Shown piece after piece: positions 8,210 through 16,398 of a stretch of 35,685 bases of DNA (its first letter is position 1; the number at the start of each line of letters is the position of its first letter). The position numbers and the translations under genes were made by a program. The notes below the pieces were generated by a model, which worked only from the letters and a program-made list of their open reading frames with translations, had not been told where the DNA came from and did no database searches. The stretch is from assembly GCA_021734685.1 (NCBI GenBank), contig JAIPIL010000003.1, forward strand, positions 1 through 35,685, given 5' to 3'. Origin of the DNA: Minisyncoccota bacterium. GTDB lineage: Bacteria > Patescibacteriota > Minisyncoccia > Minisyncoccales > PWPS01.

Positions 8210-8653
8210 TTACTCTCCCAAAACTAAAACTTGATAATAACGAGTTCTGGCACAGTCAAGTTCCAGAAACATAACTCTCTGCCACGGTCCCAGTTGCATC
8301 TCTCCTTCTATTAGATTAAGAGTTACCGTTGAGGGAAGACAGATCGCTTTACAGTGAGAGTGGCCATTAGCGCACTCATCGTCACACATATTAACTGTTC
8401 TTATCTCAAAGTTATCATGATTATAATCACCATCCATTGGGGCAACTTTATCTAATCTTTCTCTAATATCTTTAAGAAGCAGGGGCTCGTTCTCGTTTAA
8501 GATAAGAGCTGACGAGGTGTGCATAATCTGAATGTTTACCACTCCGTTTCTAACTCCACTCTCTTTAACAAAAGAAACGATATTATCAGTAACATCTATA
8601 AACTGATACGCTTCCTTCGTTTTTAATTCATGCTTTGTGTGTACAGTTTTCAT
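8210..8653 (-). CDS. YjbQ/UPF0047 family protein
   Basis: FIDVT, HTSSALILNENEP, Y.HD, NGHSH, LGPWQRVMFLELD..R.R. Confidence 0.9.
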   Translation of the reverse strand: MKTVHTKHELKTKEAYQFIDVTDNIVSFVKESGVRNGVVNIQIMHTSSALILNENEPLLLKDIRERLDKVAPMDGDYNHDNFEIRTVNMCDDECANGHSHCKAICLPSTVTLNLIEGEMQLGPWQRVMFLELDCARTRYYQVLVLGE

Positions 8654-9660
8654 ATTTTTCTTGTTAACATAAAATTAATCATATCTTCCATTATACCAAC
8701 TTCTTCGTTTTTTTCAAATTCACTGATAGCAATACGCGCTTCCTTCATATATTTTTCAGCAAGTTGAACCGCTCTTTTTTTTGCTTCTGTTTTTAATATA
8801 ATATCCTTGGCTCTTATCAAGTCTTCGTCTTTCAAGTGTTCTTTGTTTATTAATTCCCACAACTCTCCTTTCTTGTCTTCTTCAAGAGCAAAAAGAACAA
8901 CAACATTTCCCCCTTTTCTTTCTTCAATATCTTTCCCTATCTTCTTTCCAAACTTTTTTTCTTCGCCAAAAATATCTAAAATATCATCTTGTATCTGAAA
9001 CGCCATTCCTAAGTTAAAACCATATTTTTTCAAAAGTTCAACCTCTTCACTACTTCCTTTCCCGCACACTCCCCCCAGATGACAACTTGCCTCAAATAAT
9101 CTTGCTGTCTTCTTTTCGGCCATCATTAACGCATCCTCTATTTTAATATCTTTGTATCGGTTTTCCTTCACGAAGTTCTCTTCTTCTCTTCCTTTTAATT
9201 CTTGTAAAACATCAACTGTTTCTCCTTCGGTTAAAACTTCCAATGCTTCTGCTAATATTTTTACACATTTTTTTGGAGAAGAAGACTTCAGTCCTCCTTT
9301 TGGGATAACAGATGCATAGTGCATCGCAACACACTCTGCTCCTGAAATGCCAAGTTTTTTCCACAAAGTAGGGTCTCCTCTTCTAATCTCACTGTGATCA
9401 ATCATATCATCAATAATTAGTGAGTAGTTGTGTAAAATCTCAACTGCTCCTGCTGAACATAAAGCGTCTTCTGTCTTTCCTTTAACTGCTTTACAGCTTA
9501 AAATAACAAAAGCTGGACGCAGTCTTTTGCCTCCAGCTTTTACTTGATAAAGCACTTCTTCTTGAAACCTTGATCCAAGACAAGAAGAAAGAAGTTCTTC
9601 TATCACTGGATCAACTATTTTTTTAACTTGTTCTAAATAAGAACTAATGTTTTTTTGCAT
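8650..9660 (-). CDS. Short-chain polyprenyl (geranylgeranyl/farnesyl) diphosphate synthase
   Basis: GGKRLRP, first Asp-rich motif HNYSLIIDDMID..RRG, KKTA, second motif FQIQDDILD, GKDIEE.K. Confidence 0.92.
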   Translation of the reverse strand: MQKNISSYLEQVKKIVDPVIEELLSSCLGSRFQEEVLYQVKAGGKRLRPAFVILSCKAVKGKTEDALCSAGAVEILHNYSLIIDDMIDHSEIRRGDPTLWKKLGISGAECVAMHYASVIPKGGLKSSSPKKCVKILAEALEVLTEGETVDVLQELKGREEENFVKENRYKDIKIEDALMMAEKKTARLFEASCHLGGVCGKGSSEEVELLKKYGFNLGMAFQIQDDILDIFGEEKKFGKKIGKDIEERKGGNVVVLFALEEDKKGELWELINKEHLKDEDLIRAKDIILKTEAKKRAVQLAEKYMKEARIAISEFEKNEEVGIMEDMINFMLTRKI

Positions 9661-12367
9661 ATTTAATATATTTATAACCTTCTCCCGCCCATAAAACAGA
9701 AGACGATATTATTATTATAAACAAAATCTCCTGAAAGGACAAAGGAACAAAATGAAAAACATCTCTCACTTTTGGAGTAATTATCACTGCAAGTTGCAAC
9801 AAGGTTCCAATAAAAAGAGAAATTATTACATACTTGTTACTTAAAAATCCTATCTTAAAGATAGACCTTGTCATTGAACGCATATTTATCGCATTATAAA
9901 GTTGAGTAAACGCTAAAACGCTAAAAACAGCTGTTCGGGCTTTGTTTAACCCTTCTCCGTTATCATAAAACATATCAAAAACAATAATTGAAAGAACAAA
10001 CATAATTCCGACCATCATTATGAAGAAAGGAAGTATCTCTTTTGTCAAAATAGTTTCTTTTTTGTTTCGTGGTGGTTTTCTTAAAACATCTTCATGTTTT
10101 GGTTCAACGGCCAAAGAAAGAGCCGGAAGTCCATCAGTCACAAGGTTTAACCATAATATCTGGGTAGGAAGAAGCGGAAGTGGAAATCCAAGGAGCAAAA
10201 AAAGAATTATTGTTCCAATTTCTCCAAAATTTGTTGTTATCAAGAAAGCACTTGACTTCCTAGTGTTCTCAAAAACAACCCGCCCTTCTTCTATTGCACT
10301 TACAATTGATGAAAAATTGTCATCGGCAAGAACAATATCCCCTACTTCTTTAGTAACATCTGTTCCCATTATTCCCATCGCAATTCCAACATCTGCTTGC
10401 TTAACTGCAGGAGCATCATTAACTCCATCACCAGTCATCGCTATTATCGCTCCTTGTTGTTGCAGGGTTGTTGCTATTCTCAACTTCATCCGAGGAGTTA
10501 AGCGAGCAAAAACATTAACATTTTTAACAGCATCTTCAAGTTCTTCATCGCTCATCTTTACTAGTTCGGATTGTTCAAGTGCATCTGGGTAATTTTCTTT
10601 TTTTTGTTTTAAAATATTAACTTCTTTTGCAATTGCCACTGCTGTTTTTTTGTGATCTCCGGTCGCCATTACTACCCTTATCCCTGCTAAATTTGCTTTC
10701 TCAACTGCCTCTTTAACTTGTAGTCGCGGAGGATCAATCATTCCAACCGCCCCACTAAAAACAAGACTATCAAGCATATCCTCATTTATCATATTAAAAT
10801 TATCTTCAACTTCTTTGTATGCTAACCCGATAGTCCTCATTGCTTTTTCACTCATCTCCTCAATCTCAGCAATAATCTGTTTCTTTTTTTCTTCAGTAAA
10901 CTCTTTCACTTCTCCATTTTCTCTTATTTTAATTGCTCTCTTTACTACTTCTTCTGGGGAACCAGTGACATAAATCTCTTTTTTGTCGCCTATCTTTAAT
11001 AAAGAAGCTCTTAGTTTTAACTTGGAGCTAAACGGCATATCATCTATCTTTTTTTCAGAACTTTCAACCACTTCTTTTTTTAATCCAGCTTTTTCAGCAA
11101 GAACAAGCATCGCCCCTTCTGTTGGATCTCCTATTATTTCATAATTATCTTTACCATCATCGCTACGAGTTATTTCTGCTTGATTACAAATCTCGGCAAT
11201 ATGAAGCAACTTATCAAGGTCATTTTCTTCTTGTGGCAAAATAACCTGCTCATCTCTGTAAAAACTTCCTTCTGGCGTCCACCCTTCTCCACTAACCATT
11301 ATCTTGTCGCTGTTTGGAAGAGAAATCTCTCTAACTGTCATTGTGTTTTGAGTTATCGTTCCTGTTTTATCAGTAATTATATGATCAACAACGCCAAGCG
11401 TTTCTGTTACCGGAAGATGTCTTATTATCGCACTTCTTTTTGCCATTCTTGTTGCTCCAACTGCCAACACAACCGCCAAAATTGCTGGTAATCCTTCCGG
11501 AATTCCAGAAACAAGAGCTGCTATTGATCCAAAAAGCGGTTCTTCAAAATCACTAAATCCATTTTTAAAAGAAGCTCCATTTTTGACAACTGATATAAGA
11601 AATATTAAACCTGCTCCAGTAAAAGAGAAGATAGCCATTCTTCTTGTGAGAATTGATACTTTCTCTTCAAAATGTCCTTTTTCTTTCTTTATACCTCCAA
11701 TATCTTCAGCTATTCCTCCAAAAACTGTACTGCTTCCTGTTGCAACAACAACCCCCTTCCCCCTTCCTCCAGAGATAAAAGTTCCCATCCAAGCCATATT
11801 TTTCTTGTCTCCCAACTCAATGTTTTTTTGTAAAACTTCTTCATCTTTTCTAACTGGCATTGATTCTCCGGTTAGTGATGATTCGTTAGTCCTTATTTCT
11901 CTTACATCAAAAAGACGAACATCGGCTGGAACTCGATCACCTTCTTCAAGAAAAACAACATCTCCAGGAACTATCTCTTCAGCAAAAATTTTAAGCAGTT
12001 TTCCCTCTCGGTAAACTTTCGCCATCGGAACAACCATCTTTTTAAGAGCATTTATTGCTTGTTCTGCTTTATACTCTTGTATAAAGCCAATTACAGCATT
12101 AACAATAACAATCGCAATAATAACATAAACATCAATCCACTTCCCAAAAAGACCAGCAATAACCGCCGCAGAGATAAGAACATAAATCAGGCCGTTGTTA
12201 AACTGTTTTAAAAATATAAAAAACGGATGACGAGAATCACCCTCACTAATTTTATTACTGCCATACTTCTTAATGTTTTCTTCTACTTGTTTTTTATTAA
12301 GACCTTCTCTCTTTGAAAAAAATTCATTAAAAACTTGCTCTATGTTTTTTGTATGCCAGTTGTTCAT
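9644..12367 (-). CDS. Cation-transporting P-type ATPase (P2A, Ca2+-like)
   Basis: LTGES, IPEGLP, phosphorylation site DKTGTIT, DPPR, TGD, TGDGVND, M6 QILWLNLVTDG. Confidence 0.94.
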   Translation of the reverse strand: MNNWHTKNIEQVFNEFFSKREGLNKKQVEENIKKYGSNKISEGDSRHPFFIFLKQFNNGLIYVLISAAVIAGLFGKWIDVYVIIAIVIVNAVIGFIQEYKAEQAINALKKMVVPMAKVYREGKLLKIFAEEIVPGDVVFLEEGDRVPADVRLFDVREIRTNESSLTGESMPVRKDEEVLQKNIELGDKKNMAWMGTFISGGRGKGVVVATGSSTVFGGIAEDIGGIKKEKGHFEEKVSILTRRMAIFSFTGAGLIFLISVVKNGASFKNGFSDFEEPLFGSIAALVSGIPEGLPAILAVVLAVGATRMAKRSAIIRHLPVTETLGVVDHIITDKTGTITQNTMTVREISLPNSDKIMVSGEGWTPEGSFYRDEQVILPQEENDLDKLLHIAEICNQAEITRSDDGKDNYEIIGDPTEGAMLVLAEKAGLKKEVVESSEKKIDDMPFSSKLKLRASLLKIGDKKEIYVTGSPEEVVKRAIKIRENGEVKEFTEEKKKQIIAEIEEMSEKAMRTIGLAYKEVEDNFNMINEDMLDSLVFSGAVGMIDPPRLQVKEAVEKANLAGIRVVMATGDHKKTAVAIAKEVNILKQKKENYPDALEQSELVKMSDEELEDAVKNVNVFARLTPRMKLRIATTLQQQGAIIAMTGDGVNDAPAVKQADVGIAMGIMGTDVTKEVGDIVLADDNFSSIVSAIEEGRVVFENTRKSSAFLITTNFGEIGTIILFLLLGFPLPLLPTQILWLNLVTDGLPALSLAVEPKHEDVLRKPPRNKKETILTKEILPFFIMMVGIMFVLSIIVFDMFYDNGEGLNKARTAVFSVLAFTQLYNAINMRSMTRSIFKIGFLSNKYVIISLFIGTLLQLAVIITPKVRDVFHFVPLSFQEILFIIIISSSVLWAGEGYKYIKYAKKH

Positions 12368-12375
12368 CTTTAAAA

Positions 12376-13035
12376 CTATTTTATTAATTTTCCTTTTTTA
12401 TTTTTCCATTTTTCAACTTCTTTATGATTGCCAGAAAGAAGCACCGAAGGCACTTTCCATTTTTTTTCATCTGCTTCAAAAACCTCGGGCCTTGTATACT
12501 GTGGATACTCAATAAAAGACTCTTTCTTTTTTCTTTCTTTCAAGAAAGATTCTTTTCCAATAACCCCAGGAACAAGTCGTGCCACCGTTTCAACTACGGC
12601 CATTGCTGGAATTTCTCCTCCCATAAGAACAAAGCTTCCGATTGATATTTTTTCATCTGCAATATGCTTTGCAACTCTCTCATCAACTCCTTCATATCTT
12701 CCACATATCATTATAACTTGATCGTACTCTGTTAACTTGCTTGCTTTTTTTTGGTTAAATTTTTTACCTCTCGGAGTAAACAAAACTACTAAAGATTTTT
12801 TATTTTTTAGTTTTATATCAGAAACCGCCCGATATATCGGACCAACCTTCATCACCATTCCACTTCCTTCTCCGAAACAAGCATCGTCAACCGTTCTGTG
12901 CTTATCCGTTGTCCAGTCTCTTAGGTCATGAACATTTACCTCAAGAAGCCCTTTTTCACACCCTTTGTGCAAAATCCCTTTTGAGAAATACTCCTCAAAA
13001 AAAGAAGGAAAAATTGTTATTACATCAAAACGCAT
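12376..13035 (-). CDS. trmD: tRNA (guanine37-N1)-methyltransferase
   Basis: VDD..FG.G.GMVM, ICGRYEGVDERV, SIGSFVLMGGE, EYPQYTRP, VP.VLLSGNH. Confidence 0.97.
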   Translation of the reverse strand: MRFDVITIFPSFFEEYFSKGILHKGCEKGLLEVNVHDLRDWTTDKHRTVDDACFGEGSGMVMKVGPIYRAVSDIKLKNKKSLVVLFTPRGKKFNQKKASKLTEYDQVIMICGRYEGVDERVAKHIADEKISIGSFVLMGGEIPAMAVVETVARLVPGVIGKESFLKERKKKESFIEYPQYTRPEVFEADEKKWKVPSVLLSGNHKEVEKWKNKKGKLIK

Positions 13036-13048
13036 AATTGTTATTTAT

Positions 13049-13083
13049 AAAAAAAGCAGTGCTATATGATTATAGCACTGCTT
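13049..13083 (-). terminator. Intrinsic terminator after khpA, overlapping a putative trmD promoter
   Basis: Perfect 13-bp stem AAGCAGTGCTATA/TATAGCACTGCTT (13054-13083) with a T tract on the minus strand. TTGAAA(13096-91)-16-TATAAT(13074-69) overlaps it. Confidence 0.75.
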
Positions 13084-13102
13084 AATATGTTTTCAATCTT
13101 TT

Positions 13103-13429
13103 TTAGAGTTTTATGTCCTCTAATCCTTCTTTTTTGTCATCTGAAGAATCTTCTTCTCTTGGTTTGTAAGTGCTACCTTCGGGCTCAGCAATTTTCAAGT
13201 TTATTCTTGCTTTGCGTTTAAGTCCGATGGTGCGAACCAAGTCTCTTATTGCTTTTGCTGTTGATCCACCTTTTCCGATTATTTGTCCCATATCATCGGC
13301 GTGGACTCTAAGTGTAAGCAATACTCCCATCTCATCAACTTTTCTTTCTATTTCTACTGAGTCGGGGTTATCTACTAAACTCTTCACGATAAATTCCAAG
13401 AAATCCTTGTCTGAATTTTCTTTAACCAT
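13103..13429 (-). CDS. khpA: KH-domain RNA-binding protein KhpA (YlqC/UPF0109)
   Basis: FLEFIVKSLVDNP, DMGQIIGKGG.TA.AIR (GxxG loop), downstream of rpsP. Start moved to ATG 13429 (MVKENSD). Confidence 0.92.
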   Translation of the reverse strand: MVKENSDKDFLEFIVKSLVDNPDSVEIERKVDEMGVLLTLRVHADDMGQIIGKGGSTAKAIRDLVRTIGLKRKARINLKIAEPEGSTYKPREEDSSDDKKEGLEDIKL

Positions 13430-13540
13430 AAGTATATTTTTTATCGTACAAGGGGTGCAATGAAGCAAATTAAGTAATCTTTTTTTGCATCTCACTCCCC
13501 CGCTTATTAAGTAATTCGACCTTTTCTTATCCTCTATCTG

Positions 13541-13568
13541 ATTTTATCTTTTATAATAATTCTGTCAA
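13541..13568 (-). promoter_or_regulatory. Putative sigma70 promoter for khpA
   Basis: TTGACA (13568-63), 16 nt spacer, TAAAAT (13546-41). Confidence 0.55.
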
Positions 13569-13573
13569 GTGGA

Positions 13574-14125
13574 CTATTTTTTCTTTTCTTCTGCTTTCTC
13601 TGCTGGTTTATCTTCTTTTTTTGCAACTTCTTCTTTTTCCGGTTTATCTTCTTTTACTTCTTCTACCTCCTCTGGTTTCTCTTTTGTTTCTGGAGCTTCT
13701 TCTTTTGGTTCTTCCTCTTTAGCTTCTTCTACTTTTTCTTCTTTTTCAACCACTTCTTCTTCAGAGGCCTCTTCTTTTGCTTCTTCTTTAACTTCTGAAG
13801 CTTCTTCTGCTGATTTCTTCTCTTCTGCTTTTTTGCTCATCTTTTCTTTTCTCTTATTTGTCAAAGAAACAACTTGTTTCTTTTCTCCTTCGATTATTTT
13901 TTTCTCAATTAAAAGATTATTCACCCTGTCTGATGGTTTTGCTCCGTTTCCAATCCACTTCAGTGTTTTTTCCTTGTCTATCTCACAATCTTTTGTTAGG
14001 GGATTATAAAATCCAACATCGGCGATAAATCTTCCGCTTGCTGGGGGGTTATTTTTATTAACAACTCTTATTCTGTAAAATGGTTGGTGTTTTCTCCCTG
14101 TTCTAAAAAATCTAATTTTAAGCAT
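13574..14125 (-). CDS. rpsP: 30S ribosomal protein S16 with long Glu/Lys-rich C-terminal tail
   Basis: MLKIRFFRTGRKHQPFYRI, G.YNP, W...GAKPSD.V, then about 90 aa of E/K low-complexity sequence. Confidence 0.95.
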   Translation of the reverse strand: MLKIRFFRTGRKHQPFYRIRVVNKNNPPASGRFIADVGFYNPLTKDCEIDKEKTLKWIGNGAKPSDRVNNLLIEKKIIEGEKKQVVSLTNKRKEKMSKKAEEKKSAEEASEVKEEAKEEASEEEVVEKEEKVEEAKEEEPKEEAPETKEKPEEVEEVKEDKPEKEEVAKKEDKPAEKAEEKKK

Positions 14126-14145
14126 ATTTATTTTATATTATTACT

Positions 14146-14832
14146 TCACAAGTCTTTTAGCGCCTTTTTTGCTGCTTCTTCTTCAGCCTCTTTTTTTGAA
14201 TCACCCTTCCCTTCTCCTATTTTTTTTTCGCCTACAAAAACTCCCATAACAAATCTTTTTCTGTGATCTGGCCCTTCTTCTTTTACTACTTCGTAGTGAG
14301 GAGTAATGTTTGATTTTTCTTGAACTTTTTCCTGAAGTTCTGACTTTGGATCACGATAAGTTCCTAGCTCAATTATTTTTTCTAATCTTGATATTAGGTA
14401 TTTTTTTATAAAAGCATCTGCTTCTTCGTATCCACGATCCAAGTAAAGTGCCCCTATAAAAGCTTCAAAAGTGTTTGCTAAAATACACAAACGAGCTTTT
14501 CCTTTCTCTCCTCTTTCTCCTTTTGACAAAAGAAGAAAATCTTCAAAACCTAACTCATTTGCTGTGTCTCCGATCTCCTTAGTGTTAACCAGTGATGCCC
14601 TCCATGTTGTTAGCTTTCCTTCTGATTCTTCTGGATACTTAAAATAAAGATACGAAGTAACAACAAGTTCTAAAACAGCATCTCCTAAAAATTCTAACCT
14701 TTCATTCTGACCAAGATTAAAATCAGGATTTTCGTTTAAATAAGAGCGGTGGCAGAAGGCCTGAACAAGCAAGTTCTTGTCTTCAAACTCCACTCCTATT
14801 TTTTTTTCAAGTTCTTTAAATTTTTCTTCCAT
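14146..14832 (-). CDS. rnc: Ribonuclease III
   Basis: H.SY, NERLEFLGDAVL, FEAFIGALYLD, dsRBD DPKSELQE...GPDH...G.G.SKKEAE. Confidence 0.97.
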   Translation of the reverse strand: MEEKFKELEKKIGVEFEDKNLLVQAFCHRSYLNENPDFNLGQNERLEFLGDAVLELVVTSYLYFKYPEESEGKLTTWRASLVNTKEIGDTANELGFEDFLLLSKGERGEKGKARLCILANTFEAFIGALYLDRGYEEADAFIKKYLISRLEKIIELGTYRDPKSELQEKVQEKSNITPHYEVVKEEGPDHRKRFVMGVFVGEKKIGEGKGDSKKEAEEEAAKKALKDL

Positions 14833-15266
14833 TATTCCGTTTTATCGTTTTCAATCTCCTTATAAACAGTTCCCAGTATTCCGTTGACAAATCTACCTGA
14901 ACTGCTTCCGCCAAACTCTTTCGCCAACTCAATTGCTTCATTGATAGCCACCTTTGGAGGAACTTCCTCCTTTTTTGAATAGATAAGCTCATAAAGCCCC
15001 AGACGAAGAACATTACGATCAATAATTGTCATCTTCTCTAATGGCCACTCTGGAGCAGCAACAACAATTATATTATCAATCTCTTTCTGATTATCTAAAA
15101 CACCTTTTGTTAAGCTTTCAATAAACTGAACATCTTCCTCTTTTTTCATCAACTTTTCACAGTTTCTCTTGACTACATCTTCGTAGTTTTTATTTTTCTC
15201 ATCAAAAAAATCTAACTCATAAAGAGTCCTAACTGCAATTGATCGTGCTAGATGCCTTGATGACAT
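14832..15266 (-). CDS. nusB: Transcription antitermination factor NusB
   Basis: R..AR, W...[29 protein letters not shown]. Confidence 0.96.
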   Translation of the reverse strand: MSSRHLARSIAVRTLYELDFFDEKNKNYEDVVKRNCEKLMKKEEDVQFIESLTKGVLDNQKEIDNIIVVAAPEWPLEKMTIIDRNVLRLGLYELIYSKKEEVPPKVAINEAIELAKEFGGSSSGRFVNGILGTVYKEIENDKTE

Positions 15267-15271
15267 ATTAA

Positions 15272-15556
15272 TTACTTCTTTTTTGATAATGATGCTGGGT
15301 CTAGTGGTTTTTCTTTTTCTTTCTCTTTCTTTACCGCTTCTTTGGTTTCTTTTACTTTCTCTTCTTTCTTCTTCTCTTTCTTTAAGACATCAATAATCTC
15401 TCTTCCTTTATAATAACCGCAAGCTTCACATACAGTGTGCATAACTTTCTTCTCTTTACACTGAGAACACTCTGTGAGGGTTGGCTTCTCAAGATAAATG
15501 TGCATCCTTCGTTGATTTCTTCTTCCTTTTGTTTTTCTCTGTTTTGGTACTGCCAT
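15272..15556 (-). CDS. rpmF: 50S ribosomal protein L32 (Zn-binding form, K/E-rich tail)
   Basis: [14 protein letters not shown], CxxC...H.VCxxCGYY.G. Confidence 0.96.
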   Translation of the reverse strand: MAVPKQRKTKGRRNQRRMHIYLEKPTLTECSQCKEKKVMHTVCEACGYYKGREIIDVLKKEKKKEEKVKETKEAVKKEKEKEKPLDPASLSKKK

Positions 15557-15598
15557 AATTTATTGTTTAGTTCTAATCTAACGCTTTTACTGCTAAAG

Positions 15599-15627
15599 AT
15601 TATATCAAAAAACCGAAAAACTTGCAA
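15599..15627 (-). promoter_or_regulatory. Putative sigma70 promoter of rpmF-nusB-rnc-rpsP
   Basis: TTGCAA, 17 nt spacer ending in TGa (extended -10), TATAAT. Confidence 0.65.
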
Positions 15628-15649
15628 CAGCAAACAAAAACTAAAGCAT

Positions 15650-16396
15650 TCAGCGCCCAGGACGCCCAACTTTTTTAACCGCAAGGCCAACTGCAAAGGC
15701 ATAAGCGTGATGCTCTCCGAACTTGTTTATCTGATAGTCTTTTTTTCTTCCCTGCTGTTTTATAGAAACTTTTTGTCCTTTTTTATTTTTTTCTATTTTT
15801 GAGATATAGATATCAGCCTCTTTCTCTTTTCCGTAATATAGTATCTTCTGTTTTTTACCCTCCCCCACTTCTCTTACCCGGTAGTTATCAATATTAAGAA
15901 CAAGCACCCCCTCTTTTCTTGTTTTTTTTGCCAAAACTTGATACTCATCAACTAAATTATTCATATCAGAAAAACCCTCTTTATATCGCTGTGTTATATT
16001 AGTGATAATAGAAATATCTGGTTTTATTATAGACAGTAGATATCTCATATCTCCTTTATCTGAAGATCCTAAACTTAAAACCAAAAAATCAGGAAACTTT
16101 TTTTGAAATATCTTTAACGGTGCTTTTAAAATTGCAGGAATCCACTTTTTATACTCGTTATATCCACTTGGAAGATAAAGAATTGATAGCGGTAAACCAA
16201 TCTCAGTATTAAAGTTTTTTGGATTTGCTCTTACCGTAAAACCAGCCTCTTCTAGTCTTCTTTTAACTTCTTTCTTAACAAAACTCTTGTTTGTGCTTCC
16301 TGCTACTGCAATCACAACCGGCTTGTGAATAAAAAGCACAATCTTTGTTATTGTTTTCAAATAATACTTTAAAAATGTTTTTAGAATAAACTTCAT
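15650..16396 (-). CDS. Truncated, degenerate Mur ligase (MurF-like central domain only)
   Basis: KPVVIAVAGSTNKS (P-loop position), NFNTEIGLPLSIL, LVL.LG....GDM.YL...KPDISIITNI, VLN.D. No C-terminal domain. Confidence 0.78.
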   Translation of the reverse strand: MKFILKTFLKYYLKTITKIVLFIHKPVVIAVAGSTNKSFVKKEVKRRLEEAGFTVRANPKNFNTEIGLPLSILYLPSGYNEYKKWIPAILKAPLKIFQKKFPDFLVLSLGSSDKGDMRYLLSIIKPDISIITNITQRYKEGFSDMNNLVDEYQVLAKKTRKEGVLVLNIDNYRVREVGEGKKQKILYYGKEKEADIYISKIEKNKKGQKVSIKQQGRKKDYQINKFGEHHAYAFAVGLAVKKVGRPGR

Positions 16397-16398
16397 TT

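Noticed and set aside
10020-12014. Plus-strand ORFs of 190, 103 and 143 aa inside the ATPase (and similar ones opposite glyS, valS, dnaE, serpin)
   Set aside because: Fully antisense to well-supported genes, with no motifs or start signals.
13569-14009. 146-aa Ser/Phe-rich plus-strand ORF
   Set aside because: Antisense shadow of the E/K-rich S16 tail.
15650-16396. Calling the gene murF
   Set aside because: The P-loop and catalytic Glu are degenerate and the C-terminal domain is absent.
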